Of a stretch of 59,683 nt of DNA, positions 49,152-58,044 are shown one piece after another. The notes under the pieces were generated by a model that was not told the origin of the DNA, did no database searches, and saw only the letters and a program-made list of their open reading frames with translations. A program made the translations under genes and the position numbers. Source of the stretch: a virus (Duplodnaviria; Caudoviricetes); the IMG/VR virus record IMGVR_UViG_3300046806_000084, positions 1 to 59,683 of that record. One strand, 5' to 3'. The first letter of the stretch is position 1. Each line of letters opens with the position of its first letter.

Positions 49152-50212
49152 TATATTAGTGCGTTTATATAAGTGTTATAATCTGCTACAAATGCGGCGT
49201 TTTCAGATATCATGGAAGCACCCATTGCATACATGGAAACAGTGTGTAACCCTTGGGCACTACCGGCCCTAAGCACAATTTGATTTTGTGTTGCTCTTGA
49301 AGTTGAAGTAGCTGTTTTGCTATCGCCTACTGTGCCATTAAAAAGTTGTACATTTGTAGCACTTGTCCTATGAATAGATTTCATACCCCTAGTATTGTTA
49401 TATAAAAAATTTGAATCTAGTTGGGCAGTACCTTGATTTATATGCTGAAAAGGAGAACTTGTTATCCTTATTGAATTACCAGCAGCATTAAGTAATCCCT
49501 CTATTGGGTTAGATTGGGACGCTGTATACATATACACATATCGACTCGCATTATTTAGTGAGTATTGTGTACCATTACTTCCTGAAAAATTAGTATCTAT
49601 ATAAGCTGTACCAACACCTGTTACTCCTACATTTGGTGTAAAAGTTATACCATTTGTTGTAGTAGCTAAATTAGCATTAGGGTTTTTCCAATTAATCATA
49701 CCAAAACCTAAACTACCGTTATTAGCAAAGTTATAAAACACATCTAGTTTGGCCCAAACTCCATCGGCCTTCATATTCATTAATAAAGTATTCTGTAACT
49801 TTTGTTGTGGTAACTCAGGAAGTGCATAACTAGCTCCTAAAGCAGCAGCTTTATTTAAAACAGCTTGATAATCCGCATCAAATAAAAATATACTGTTACT
49901 ACTACTTACATAGGCACTTGTACCATCTGCATCAGTTGCGGCAACTCTACAAGTAATATCAAAACCTACATCAGCTAAAGCTAAAACATAAGTACTATTA
50001 GTAGCGCTTGTAATTAAAGTAGCACCTCTATACCATTGGTATAAATACCCTGTTACTCCTGTATCACTTGTCCAAGTACCTGTTGTAGAAGTCAATGTTT
50101 GACCTATTGTAGCGGTACCGCTAATAGTAGGTGCAACTGTATTAACAGGTACAGCTCCATCTGACCTAAATCCACCACTCCTACCTATAAGATTAGCTAT
50201 AGCTATAATCAT
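49151..50212 (-). CDS. Fibre/receptor-binding-like protein (Ig-like plus lectin-like domains)
   Basis: PVNTVAPTISG...GQTLT...YQWYR Ig-like repeat; T/S/N-rich beta C-terminus. Confidence 0.65.
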   Translation of the reverse strand: MIIAIANLIGRSGGFRSDGAVPVNTVAPTISGTATIGQTLTSTTGTWTSDTGVTGYLYQWYRGATLITSATNSTYVLALADVGFDITCRVAATDADGTSAYVSSSNSIFLFDADYQAVLNKAAALGASYALPELPQQKLQNTLLMNMKADGVWAKLDVFYNFANNGSLGFGMINWKNPNANLATTTNGITFTPNVGVTGVGTAYIDTNFSGSNGTQYSLNNASRYVYMYTASQSNPIEGLLNAAGNSIRITSSPFQHINQGTAQLDSNFLYNNTRGMKSIHRTSATNVQLFNGTVGDSKTATSTSRATQNQIVLRAGSAQGLHTVSMYAMGASMISENAAFVADYNTYINALI

Positions 50213-50213
50213 A

Positions 50214-50480
50214 CTACCAAAGAGCTATAATATTAGACGCAGTTGTTCCTGTAGAGAATACCTTTAAAACATTGACAGGAATAAAGCTACCGTCTTGAAC
50301 GTTTATAAATGTAACCTCGTCACCACCGACAGTCATAACTTTAAGGTTTCCTTTTGTACCCACGTATAAAACGCATCCGTTGTTACCTGATCCGTCTTCT
50401 GTTGCTACGTTTGGTATGTTAGCCGTGTTACTTGGTGAAACAGCCGCTGCTCTTCCTGCTTGTAATTTTTGATACGCCAT
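50214..50480 (-). CDS. Small virion protein (spike-base-like)
   Basis: LYVGTKGNLKV...TGTTASNIIALW motif. Confidence 0.65.
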   Translation of the reverse strand: MAYQKLQAGRAAAVSPSNTANIPNVATEDGSGNNGCVLYVGTKGNLKVMTVGGDEVTFINVQDGSFIPVNVLKVFSTGTTASNIIALW

Positions 50481-50483
50481 GAT

Positions 50484-50648
50484 TTATTTTTTTTTGTAAA
50501 TTATTTTATTTATTAATAGCCCTGGGTTGTTTAACGCAGACTTTCTTTTACTGCAACCGCAGTCTTTTCCTGATTTTTTAGCTAAGTAGTCAACAGCTTT
50601 TTTAACACCCGTTGCCTTTGTTACTCTTTCTATATCGTCTCCTAACAT
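50484..50648 (-). CDS. Small basic protein with CGC motif (not in ORF track)
   Basis: 54 aa MLGDDIERVTKATG...DCGCSKRK. Confidence 0.75.
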   Translation of the reverse strand: MLGDDIERVTKATGVKKAVDYLAKKSGKDCGCSKRKSALNNPGLLINKIIYKKK

Positions 50649-50752
50649 TTCGCTTTTTTTATTTTACCAACGTTACCCTTTAAGTACTTCATCTTCCCGT
50701 CTAATGACTTCTTAGATTCGTACTCCTTTGCTTTTTTTATAATTTTTTTCAT
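50642..50752 (-). CDS. Small basic protein (not in ORF track)
   Basis: 36 aa, Lys-rich. Confidence 0.6.
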   Translation of the reverse strand: MKKIIKKAKEYESKKSLDGKMKYLKGNVGKIKKAKC

Positions 50753-50753
50753 A

Positions 50754-50990
50754 TTATCTGAATTTTGATACCTTTTTAGCTATACTTTTAGGTTGCTTTA
50801 CAAACTGCTTACCCTTTGAATTACCTTCAGCCTTGGCTTTATTAGTTGCTGCTTTCTCAGAAGCGCTTAACGAATCCCAAGCCGCTGATGGTAAGTATCT
50901 CTTCTTGCCATTAGAAGGCTTTCCATCTGATGTCTTCCATTTTTGCTCCGTCCATTTTTTTAAGGACTTTTGTGATTTAGCTAAAGCCAT
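50754..50990 (-). CDS. Small basic protein (DUF5872-like C-terminal half)
   Basis: QKSLKKWTEQKW...RYLP..AW...KGKQFV. Confidence 0.75.
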   Translation of the reverse strand: MALAKSQKSLKKWTEQKWKTSDGKPSNGKKRYLPSAAWDSLSASEKAATNKAKAEGNSKGKQFVKQPKSIAKKVSKFR

Positions 50991-51166
50991 TACTTGTACC
51001 CTCCTCCTGCTTTTTTATATTGAGAAGCAAGTAGCTGTGCCTTTCTAGCTGACCATTCGCCAGGATCTCCACCCTTACCGCCTGCTTTTATTTTATTAAA
51101 CAACGCCTTTCTCATAGTAGGCTTGGTATAGTTACCTGCCGCATTTACTTTTGATTTTGTTGCCAT
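50990..51166 (-). CDS. Small basic protein (DUF5872-like N-terminal half; not in ORF track)
   Basis: 58 aa YTKP...KGGDPGEWSARKAQLLASQYKKAGGGY. Confidence 0.75.
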   Translation of the reverse strand: MATKSKVNAAGNYTKPTMRKALFNKIKAGGKGGDPGEWSARKAQLLASQYKKAGGGYK

Positions 51167-51456
51167 TAGTATTTTCCTTTTCTATTAGATGGGTTGGAAG
51201 TTGTTGATCCTCCTGGCCCAGCCCATAAGTTTTTACACGCCCAGTATCTAGGTGTTAATTTGTTCGTAGCTGTAGAACAGCTGTGTCTTGCTTTAAAGCT
51301 TTTTCTTGCAGCTGCTGAGTAGTTATTACCGTAGCCCTTTGCTCCAAAATGAAGTAGCTTTTCTTGACCGCCTGAGCAAGCCTTTACCATCTTCTTCTTA
51401 CCAGCTCTGTCAGAAGCAACTGGACTATTGCATTTCATCTTACTTTTATCAGCCAT
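51166..51456 (-). CDS. Small basic protein
   Basis: 96 aa, HFG...RKSFKARHSC...RYWAC. Confidence 0.75.
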   Translation of the reverse strand: MADKSKMKCNSPVASDRAGKKKMVKACSGGQEKLLHFGAKGYGNNYSAAARKSFKARHSCSTATNKLTPRYWACKNLWAGPGGSTTSNPSNRKGKY

Positions 51457-51459
51457 AAT

Positions 51460-51732
51460 CTATTTCTTACCTCCCCTTGCTCTTCTGTCTCCTGGCATAG
51501 ATGTTTTTGATCCTCTATTTATAGAAGCCTTCTTCATTACTACACCTCTTTTTGTGTGACTAGCGTCTAGTCCATCTCCATTCCCGTATGTTCCTCTTGT
51601 TCTGTTAATCTTGTTAAGCTCAACTCTTTTTTTTACCTCACGGTCCTGCTTGTTGTACTCACGCTGGTAATCCAGACGCTTTTTTTTAGCGTCTGGATTG
51701 TTCGCGTAATATTTTGCTGTTCTTCCCAGCAC
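51460..51732 (-). CDS. Small basic HNH-like protein
   Basis: GNGDGLDASH...SINR; R/K-rich. Confidence 0.6.
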   Translation of the reverse strand: MLGRTAKYYANNPDAKKKRLDYQREYNKQDREVKKRVELNKINRTRGTYGNGDGLDASHTKRGVVMKKASINRGSKTSMPGDRRARGGKK

Positions 51733-51854
51733 TATTTTTTAGTAGTCTTAACCGTTACTTTTTTAGTAACCGACTTGCTAGTCATTGGTTTTTTATCTGC
51801 CATTTTCATTTTTGCAGCCATCTTCATTTTGTCTGCCATTTTAGAATTTTTCAT
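51732..51854 (-). CDS. Small K/M-rich peptide (not in ORF track)
   Basis: 40 aa MKNSKMADKMKMAAKMKMADKK... Confidence 0.65.
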   Translation of the reverse strand: MKNSKMADKMKMAAKMKMADKKPMTSKSVTKKVTVKTTKK

Positions 51855-51873
51855 GTTGATTGTTTTTAGTTAT

Positions 51874-52005
51874 TTATTTTTTTTTAGTTTTTCCTGCTTT
51901 ACTTAATGCGATTGCTATAGCTTGCGCTCTAGGCTTTCCTGATTTAATCTCCGTTCTTATGTTAGAAGATATAACCTTGCTCGATGTTCCTTTTTTTAGT
52001 GGCAT
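51874..52005 (-). CDS. Small basic protein (not in ORF track)
   Basis: 43 aa MPLKKG...[12 protein letters not shown]. Confidence 0.75.
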   Translation of the reverse strand: MPLKKGTSSKVISSNIRTEIKSGKPRAQAIAIALSKAGKTKKK

Positions 52006-52006
52006 A

Positions 52007-53029
52007 CTATACTACTGCTGTTATAGGGTTTGAAATCCATGTAGCTATTCCTACTTTTGTATACATTAACCCACCTCCTGATATACTAGAACATGAAACC
52101 CTCGTTCCTAACGGGTATAGTGAGTTTGGATATAATGCATTTAAAGCCGCAGCGTTATATGGTGATGTTGTTGTATTTAAAATTATGTCATTCAAAATAT
52201 AACCAAATCCAGCACCTATTCTTTTCCCATTATATGTAATGTTTGTACCTCCTACAAATTCAGCTTGCCAATAATCTGTACCCAATGATATAAATTTTAC
52301 TGTATCATTAGAGTATAAAGGGTATATGTTGCTGTTGCTATTTGAGCTGTTAATAGATATAGTAGTACCTTCGTTATAAGACTTTATATTTACAGGATTT
52401 ACTCTATTAGAAGAAACAATAATCACTTTTCCAACGGGAGCGTTCTCTGGAAGTCTAACGTACTCACTATCGCTACCTGTTACTGTGTTTATGTCGTACT
52501 CAAGAACGTTATAAGGAGCTGAAGCGCTAGTATTTACAACACCCCTTGTGCTTGCACCAAATCCAGCTGGTCCTTGTTCTCCTTGAGGTCCCTGAGCACC
52601 TGTCGGTCCTTGTGGTCCCTGAGCACCTTGTGAAGCTAGCAATGCCCAGTGCGTTGTGTCAACGTCTGGAGATAAGTTAGTTGCTGGAGGAGTAGCTCCT
52701 GTTATTGCTAAAATACAGAAATAAGACGCACCATTATAACCAACGGCGTCATCTGCAACGTATGATGTTCCTGAATCCCAAGAACCCTGCCAGTCTAACC
52801 CTGCTGGCCCTACTGGTCCGATAGGCCCGTCTGGTCCGATAGGTCCCTGAACCCCTTGAGGTCCTGCTGGCCCTACTGGTCCTGCAACAGCGGACGCGTT
52901 GATAAATGCTTTTATATCACCAACACTGAAGTTCTTGGTAAATTTACTAGGTGTTTCCTTGTCCGTTCCTATTAAAAGGTCATCGTCCTGTATATTAGTA
53001 TCTAATGGATACAATGAAATTTTAGTCAT
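52007..53029 (-). CDS. Collagen-repeat fibre protein
   Basis: Two G-P-X repeat blocks flanking a WQGSW...Y...D.V...W module; start moved to ATG 53029. Confidence 0.8.
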   Translation of the reverse strand: MTKISLYPLDTNIQDDDLLIGTDKETPSKFTKNFSVGDIKAFINASAVAGPVGPAGPQGVQGPIGPDGPIGPVGPAGLDWQGSWDSGTSYVADDAVGYNGASYFCILAITGATPPATNLSPDVDTTHWALLASQGAQGPQGPTGAQGPQGEQGPAGFGASTRGVVNTSASAPYNVLEYDINTVTGSDSEYVRLPENAPVGKVIIVSSNRVNPVNIKSYNEGTTISINSSNSNSNIYPLYSNDTVKFISLGTDYWQAEFVGGTNITYNGKRIGAGFGYILNDIILNTTTSPYNAAALNALYPNSLYPLGTRVSCSSISGGGLMYTKVGIATWISNPITAVV

Positions 53030-53043
53030 CTCGTTTATTTGTT

Positions 53044-53061
53044 TTATCTTTGCAAAGATAA
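53044..53061. promoter_or_regulatory. Palindromic bidirectional promoter
   Basis: TTATCTTTGCAAAGATAA places a TATCTTTG -7 box on each strand between divergent genes. Confidence 0.7.
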
Positions 53062-53074
53062 TAATTAAAATTAA

Positions 53075-53536
53075 ATGAAAATTAAGACTAATATTAGAAA
53101 GGCATACGACAGAAGGGAGCCAAGTAATGACTACCTGAAATACTGGCGTGTGGTTCGTCAGTGGGCCAAGACAAAGCACAACATATCATCAGCCGACCTA
53201 GACATGATCCTGTTCCTATACTCTGAGAAGCTGTTCACAAGGAAGTCATTCGACGAGTTCTCCATGACAATGAGCTGGGATGTCAACCGATTTAACAGGA
53301 TGCTAACTGATGGATGGGTTATAATATGGCGCAAGAGAATGCATCAGGAGGCAACGCTATACGAGATATCGTTCAAAGGTAAGAGCCTTTGCCGTGCTGT
53401 GTACAGAAAGCTTAACGGTGAGGAGCGCATATCTGATAACTACCAGAACAACCCAATGTTCGCAAAAAATGCGTCGTACACCAACAAGAGGTATAGACGC
53501 ATCATTGAGAAGATGAACGATCCTAATACACGATAA
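53075..53536 (+). CDS. Winged-helix (MarR-like) DNA-binding protein
   Basis: ISSADLDMILFL...GWV...LYEISFKGK; only + strand gene in the late arm. Confidence 0.65.
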   Translation: MKIKTNIRKAYDRREPSNDYLKYWRVVRQWAKTKHNISSADLDMILFLYSEKLFTRKSFDEFSMTMSWDVNRFNRMLTDGWVIIWRKRMHQEATLYEISFKGKSLCRAVYRKLNGEERISDNYQNNPMFAKNASYTNKRYRRIIEKMNDPNTR

Positions 53537-53780
53537 CAACGTCCCTCTCGGAAATAAGTGTAAGCTGCTCACCATTTAGGATCATGGTGTAGCCAGCACG
53601 CTTATCGTAGTAAATCTCGTCACCCTCCTTAACACAGATAACATCAGAGCCAGGGTTTATAACCGTGGCTTTTTTGTATCTTATCTTGTCGGACTCATCG
53701 CCAGAAAGAACAAGACCAAAGTCGGTCTTGATCTGTTCTTCAATTGGCTTAATAATAATATTCTTTCCTATTGCTCTCAT
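53523..53780 (-). CDS. groES: Co-chaperonin GroES
   Basis: IIIKP..E..T..GLVL...VKEGDEIYY...ISERDV. Confidence 0.85.
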   Translation of the reverse strand: MRAIGKNIIIKPIEEQIKTDFGLVLSGDESDKIRYKKATVINPGSDVICVKEGDEIYYDKRAGYTMILNGEQLTLISERDVVIVY

Positions 53781-53783
53781 TTA

Positions 53784-54074
53784 TTATTTTATTAAAGGTT
53801 CTGAATTTATTTTAGTCAAAGGCTCGTAAGTCATTTCAAATATATCTGGTTTGCAAGGATAATATTCTCCCTTTACTCCTTTTATAATCCAATCACCTTC
53901 GCTTGCACACATAACTCCTTCCAAAGTTTCTATATAAACTTTTCCTTCGTTCAAATAATTGATGTCAACATCAGCATCTTTTAAGAACTCTGATAATTTT
54001 TCTAACTCTTGAAACGAATCCATAGTAAAATGAAACGCATCAATTACCACTGGTTTTTTTACGAATTTTGTCAT
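53784..54074 (-). CDS. Phage protein of the TLEG...GDWII...YPCKPDIF family
   Basis: 96 aa with a recognisable motif; AT-rich insert between groEL and groES. Confidence 0.8.
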   Translation of the reverse strand: MTKFVKKPVVIDAFHFTMDSFQELEKLSEFLKDADVDINYLNEGKVYIETLEGVMCASEGDWIIKGVKGEYYPCKPDIFEMTYEPLTKINSEPLIK

Positions 54075-54081
54075 GATTATA

Positions 54082-55689
54082 TTACGCTCTCGCTATTGTT
54101 ATTATTGCATTTGTACTTAGTATCGTTGATGCCACCGACACCGCATTCTTAAGTGCGTTCTTGGTCACCTTCAGCGGGTCAATCACGCCCATAGCGTACA
54201 TGTCACCGAACACGTTGTTCTTAACATCGTACCCGTATGCGTTATCAGTAGAAGAATCCGTCATGATGTCCCATGGGTTCAGACCAGCGTTGACCATTAT
54301 CTGACACAGCGGTGACTGCATCGACCTTGACATAATGTGGTACGCCACGAACTGCTCCTTGCTCATCTCCTCAATGTTCTCATCCGCCAAGAATGACAAC
54401 TCATCCGATATATTGAACAGGGCCAACCCTCCTCCTGGAAGGATCCCCTCCTCAATCGCAGATCTAACAGCACAAATCGCATCGTCAACCCTGTCATACT
54501 TCTCCTTCTGCTCAATGTCAGACGATCCGCCAACATAGATAACACCGACACCGCCAGTTAATGAGGCGATCCTCTCCTTAATGAAGTCCTTGTCAGCCTT
54601 GCGAGATGTGTTCTCGTGGGCCTGCCACAGCTGATCAATTCGCTCCTGCATCTCTGGACTCACGTCCTCCGATCTAACAATAACGCTGCTATCCCTTCCA
54701 ATGATGATGCGCTCAGCTCTACCCAAGTGCTCCATGCCGATCAAGCTTAAGTCATCACCAGTCTGCTCGCTGAAGTACTTCGCACCAACAGCCAGGGCAA
54801 TGTCTCCCATCAGCTCCTTCTGCTTGTACCCGAACTGAGGCGGAGAGATGTTGCACATCTTCACCTTGTTCTGCACCACGTTAGCCGCCAAGGTATTTAT
54901 CACGTTCCCTGAACACGGGGCAATAATTAACAACTTCTTACCCTCGTTAATGATTGGTCTCAGCACACGCTCGATAGACAGGATGTTATTTATCTCCTGG
55001 TCACTCACCAGAACATAAACGTCCTCCATGATGCACTCGTCCTTCTTGAAGTCATTAATGAATAAATTAGAGGTGTATCCCCTGTCGATTTTGATCCCGT
55101 TTGTAAACTCGTAGTACGTCTCAGCCGTCTGTGAGTTGTTCGCTGTAACGATACCGTTCTTACCGACCTTGTTATACACGTCAGCAATAATCTTCCCAAT
55201 CTCCTTGTCATTGTTAGCAGAGATTGTAGCCACGTCAGACAGCGTCTTACCGCTCACCTTTTTGGACCTCTTCTCAAGCAGCTTAATCACGTCGTCCGTG
55301 ATTTTGTTCATGTGCCTAATCACCTCGCTCACGTTGTGCGTGTCCTTAAGCATGTCCATGCCGTTCTTAACAATCGCCTCAGTCAAGACAATCGCAGTGG
55401 TCGTACCGTCACCAGCCATCGATGCTGTTCTGTCTGCGGCCTCCTTCATCATACGAACCGCTAGGTTCTCAACAGGATCCAGCAGGTCGATACTCCTAGC
55501 AACCGTAACCCCGTCCTTTGTAACCGTTATACCATGTGTATGGCTTCGTGATTCAATAAGGACCGTGTTACCCCTTGGGCCCAGCGTACTCTTAACCGCC
55601 TTAGCGATAGTGCTTATTCCTTTTATTAGTTTCTCCCTTCCCTCCTGGTCGAAGATCAGCTCCTTTGGGCTGTAATTAAAGTCTGTCAT
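54082..55689 (-). CDS. groEL: Chaperonin GroEL
   Basis: TLGPRG, TKDGVTVA, AGDGTTTA, ISANND, PGGG, IDP.KV motifs. Confidence 0.97.
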   Translation of the reverse strand: MTDFNYSPKELIFDQEGREKLIKGISTIAKAVKSTLGPRGNTVLIESRSHTHGITVTKDGVTVARSIDLLDPVENLAVRMMKEAADRTASMAGDGTTTAIVLTEAIVKNGMDMLKDTHNVSEVIRHMNKITDDVIKLLEKRSKKVSGKTLSDVATISANNDKEIGKIIADVYNKVGKNGIVTANNSQTAETYYEFTNGIKIDRGYTSNLFINDFKKDECIMEDVYVLVSDQEINNILSIERVLRPIINEGKKLLIIAPCSGNVINTLAANVVQNKVKMCNISPPQFGYKQKELMGDIALAVGAKYFSEQTGDDLSLIGMEHLGRAERIIIGRDSSVIVRSEDVSPEMQERIDQLWQAHENTSRKADKDFIKERIASLTGGVGVIYVGGSSDIEQKEKYDRVDDAICAVRSAIEEGILPGGGLALFNISDELSFLADENIEEMSKEQFVAYHIMSRSMQSPLCQIMVNAGLNPWDIMTDSSTDNAYGYDVKNNVFGDMYAMGVIDPLKVTKNALKNAVSVASTILSTNAIITIARA

Positions 55690-55699
55690 ATATTTGATT

Positions 55700-55831
55700 T
55701 TAGTATTGAATGGTTATCCTAAAGAATAACAAGAAGATGTTGAACTCATCATAAATGTATCCATCTTCAGATGGGTAGTAGTTCATTCCAATTAGTAATG
55801 TGTAGGGGTCGAATGTTAAGTCTATTTTCAT
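55700..55831 (-). CDS. Small hypothetical protein (not in ORF track)
   Basis: 43 aa; TATATTTG -7 box at 55852-55859. Confidence 0.65.
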   Translation of the reverse strand: MKIDLTFDPYTLLIGMNYYPSEDGYIYDEFNIFLLFFRITIQY

Positions 55832-55886
55832 TTGATTTGATTTTGATTCAGCAAATATACACATTTATTTTTAATTTTTAAAACAA

Positions 55887-56510
55887 CTATATTTTGCATC
55901 CTTTGCTTAAATTATCAAAAGCCCATAACGGTTGAAAGTTAGTATGGTGGTTTAACAAAATAACACTTTCTTCGCTTTTTGCAAATGCTAATGGTATAAT
56001 GTGATCTAGGTGCCAGTCGCCATAATTATCAAAAGACATGCCGTCTGTAAATTTATTTTCAATATAACTTATAAACTCTTCTATTGTGCATCCTAGTATT
56101 TTTTCTGTACTTGATGTTTTTTTAAATTTATTATCACCTCTTTTAAAGGCATTACCAATATTAACTCTTATTGCTAACTTTAATTTAAATATAGAATCTG
56201 TTTTTAATCTTTCTTTATTATACGTATTCATATACGCTTTTATTTTCTCTTTATTTTTTGTACGATAATCTAGACTATATTCTTTTGAGTAGTTTGGGTT
56301 TTTTAATCTCCAATTTAAAGAAAGCTCTTTCATGTTTTCTTTATTTTTTTCTCTGTACTCTTTAATTTTATAATTGTTTTTTTTACAATAATTAAGATCA
56401 ACCTTTCTCTTGCATTCTTTACAAGAACTTGTTAGACCATCTGATTTTGTTTTGTCTTTTCTAAAATTATCTACCGACAATTCTATTTTACATTTACTGC
56501 ATGTTTTCAT
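55887..56510 (-). CDS. HNH endonuclease with N-terminal Zn ribbon
   Basis: CSKC...CKEC; WHLDHIIP...HHTNFQPLW...NLSK. Confidence 0.88.
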   Translation of the reverse strand: MKTCSKCKIELSVDNFRKDKTKSDGLTSSCKECKRKVDLNYCKKNNYKIKEYREKNKENMKELSLNWRLKNPNYSKEYSLDYRTKNKEKIKAYMNTYNKERLKTDSIFKLKLAIRVNIGNAFKRGDNKFKKTSSTEKILGCTIEEFISYIENKFTDGMSFDNYGDWHLDHIIPLAFAKSEESVILLNHHTNFQPLWAFDNLSKGCKI

Positions 56511-56524
56511 TTTTGTTATTTAAT

Positions 56525-56616
56525 AAAAATGCCCAGAGATTTTCATACTGTCTTCGACCTCAGTAATCCAATCAATGGGCTAATATTTTTAAGTTACATA
56601 TTGTCGAAGAGTAACT
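56525..56616 (-). ncRNA. Kissing-loop leader RNA upstream of HNH gene
   Basis: Two hairpins with complementary loops UCUUCGAC/GUCGAAGA, directly after TATATTTG (56623-56630). Confidence 0.6.
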
Positions 56617-56728
56617 ACGATGCAAATATACAACAAATTATTTAATGTCAATTAATGTCATTCAATGTCAAGAAAAAAAAGAGTTTGTCATATAAAAATA
56701 CCAACAAATATAAGGGTTGAAAAGAATT

Positions 56729-56930
56729 TGTGTCAACATGCCGATAATTTACCTATATACTCTTATATATAATTATATATATACTATATATTTTTTTTGT
56801 GTAAATAATAGAGGTTTTTTCGACATAGCGACACTAAACCTTGGGAAGGCTTATAAATAAAGAGAAAATTCAATGACAAACTTTTTAAAAAACGACATGG
56901 GATCGACACAGAATTAAAAAATCGACACAG
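56729..56930. repeat. CGACA-rich, AT-rich origin-like element B (inverted partner of 595-768)
   Basis: Shares 16- and 14-nt exact reverse-complement blocks with element A at the same spacing. Confidence 0.65.
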
Positions 56931-57491
56931 ATATTCGTAATCTGGGGGTTATATAACAGTTTGACGAGACGGGTGTGAAAAAGAAAATGACTTTTTTTTG
57001 CAGGGGGGGATATCAATTTCAAAATTTTGCTGCATTTTTTTGGCGTTTTTGTAGCCGACAACAAACGCTTACAAACGGCTATTACGTTTCACGTATGCAG
57101 TTGGTTTATATATACACGCACGCACGCACGCACGGGTACATTTATTCCACGAGTGAACGCCTTTGTTATACCACATATCAAATGTAGTATTGATATACTG
57201 AATCTATTATATGCGTTACCAAGTAACACGTGTATAATTGGTACAATCGGGATGCAATTAACGATTTTATTGGGACTCGCAAGGCAAAACACGTCGACCT
57301 GTACGCGATATGGTTAAAAAATCTTTGCGATAAACAAGCAGACAAGGAATAACAACAGTAGTTTTTCTTCATTTTAAATACATTTGATAATATTATCGAT
57401 TTTAAGGATCCCTTATTTCATTGCTATTCACAAGTGTACAACTAAAGTAAAGTTGCATTTCAACGAGTTTTTGTGCATTTCATCGATTTTA

Positions 57492-57523
57492 TTTGTGTAC
57501 TTGAAAAACCTGTTGTATGTTTG
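57492..57523 (+). promoter_or_regulatory. Early promoter P1
   Basis: TTTG, 20-nt spacer, TATGTTTG. Confidence 0.7.
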
Positions 57524-57826
57524 TCCTGTCAAAATGAAACAACGTTCTTTAATATCATGTAAGTTATTTACCGAGGGCTAACCGACTTGCCTCATACTAA
57601 TCTAAACCGACCCACAAGGCGACAGTGATTGTAACAGAGCAAGTGCAGAGTAACAAGTAGGTTAAGGATAACATAAACAGAATAACAACGCTATATGTAT
57701 GCTACATTAATAAGCAAGTATAGTTGAGTAAGCATTCGAATAATGTAAGTTAGTAGGTCACACGTTACGCTAAGCAGTATGGTACACTAGACGATAAGTT
57801 AATAAATGTTAAAGTTTTGTTAAAAT

Positions 57827-57858
57827 TTTGCATATTAAAAAAAAGCGTTCTACATTTG
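57827..57858 (+). promoter_or_regulatory. Early promoter P2
   Basis: TTTG, 20-nt spacer, TACATTTG. Confidence 0.75.
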
Positions 57859-57989
57859 CAACATCAAATAACAACAAGTTGAGACCACAAACTTAAAAAG
57901 TGGCGGAAGTGGAAAACACTATAAAGCGGGTAAGTCTACTCTGGCGTTGAAACCGAAGACCTCGACCTCTCTAAATAAGAACAGGCGAG

Positions 57990-58044
57990 TAGCGTATAAG
58001 GATGTGTTATCCTTACTGAAGAGTCACAGAATGACGAAACGTTA
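57990..58044 (+). ncRNA. Type III hammerhead ribozyme
   Basis: Stem III UAGCGU/ACGUUA, GUA cleavage triplet, stem I UAAGGA/UCCUUA, CUGAAGA core, stem II GUCA/UGAC, GAAA. Confidence 0.93.

Noticed and set aside
56975-57581. ORF-track calls in the strand-switch region
   Set aside because: Mostly non-ATG starts, mutually overlapping, partly translated microsatellite; better read as non-coding
57640-57665. Twister ribozyme suggested by GCAGAGTAA
   Set aside because: Partner motifs (UAA cleavage loop and GU.ACAAGC-type loop) are absent
57876-57903. preQ1-I riboswitch
   Set aside because: Similar topology, but the ligand-binding loop consensus is missing and no queuosine genes are present
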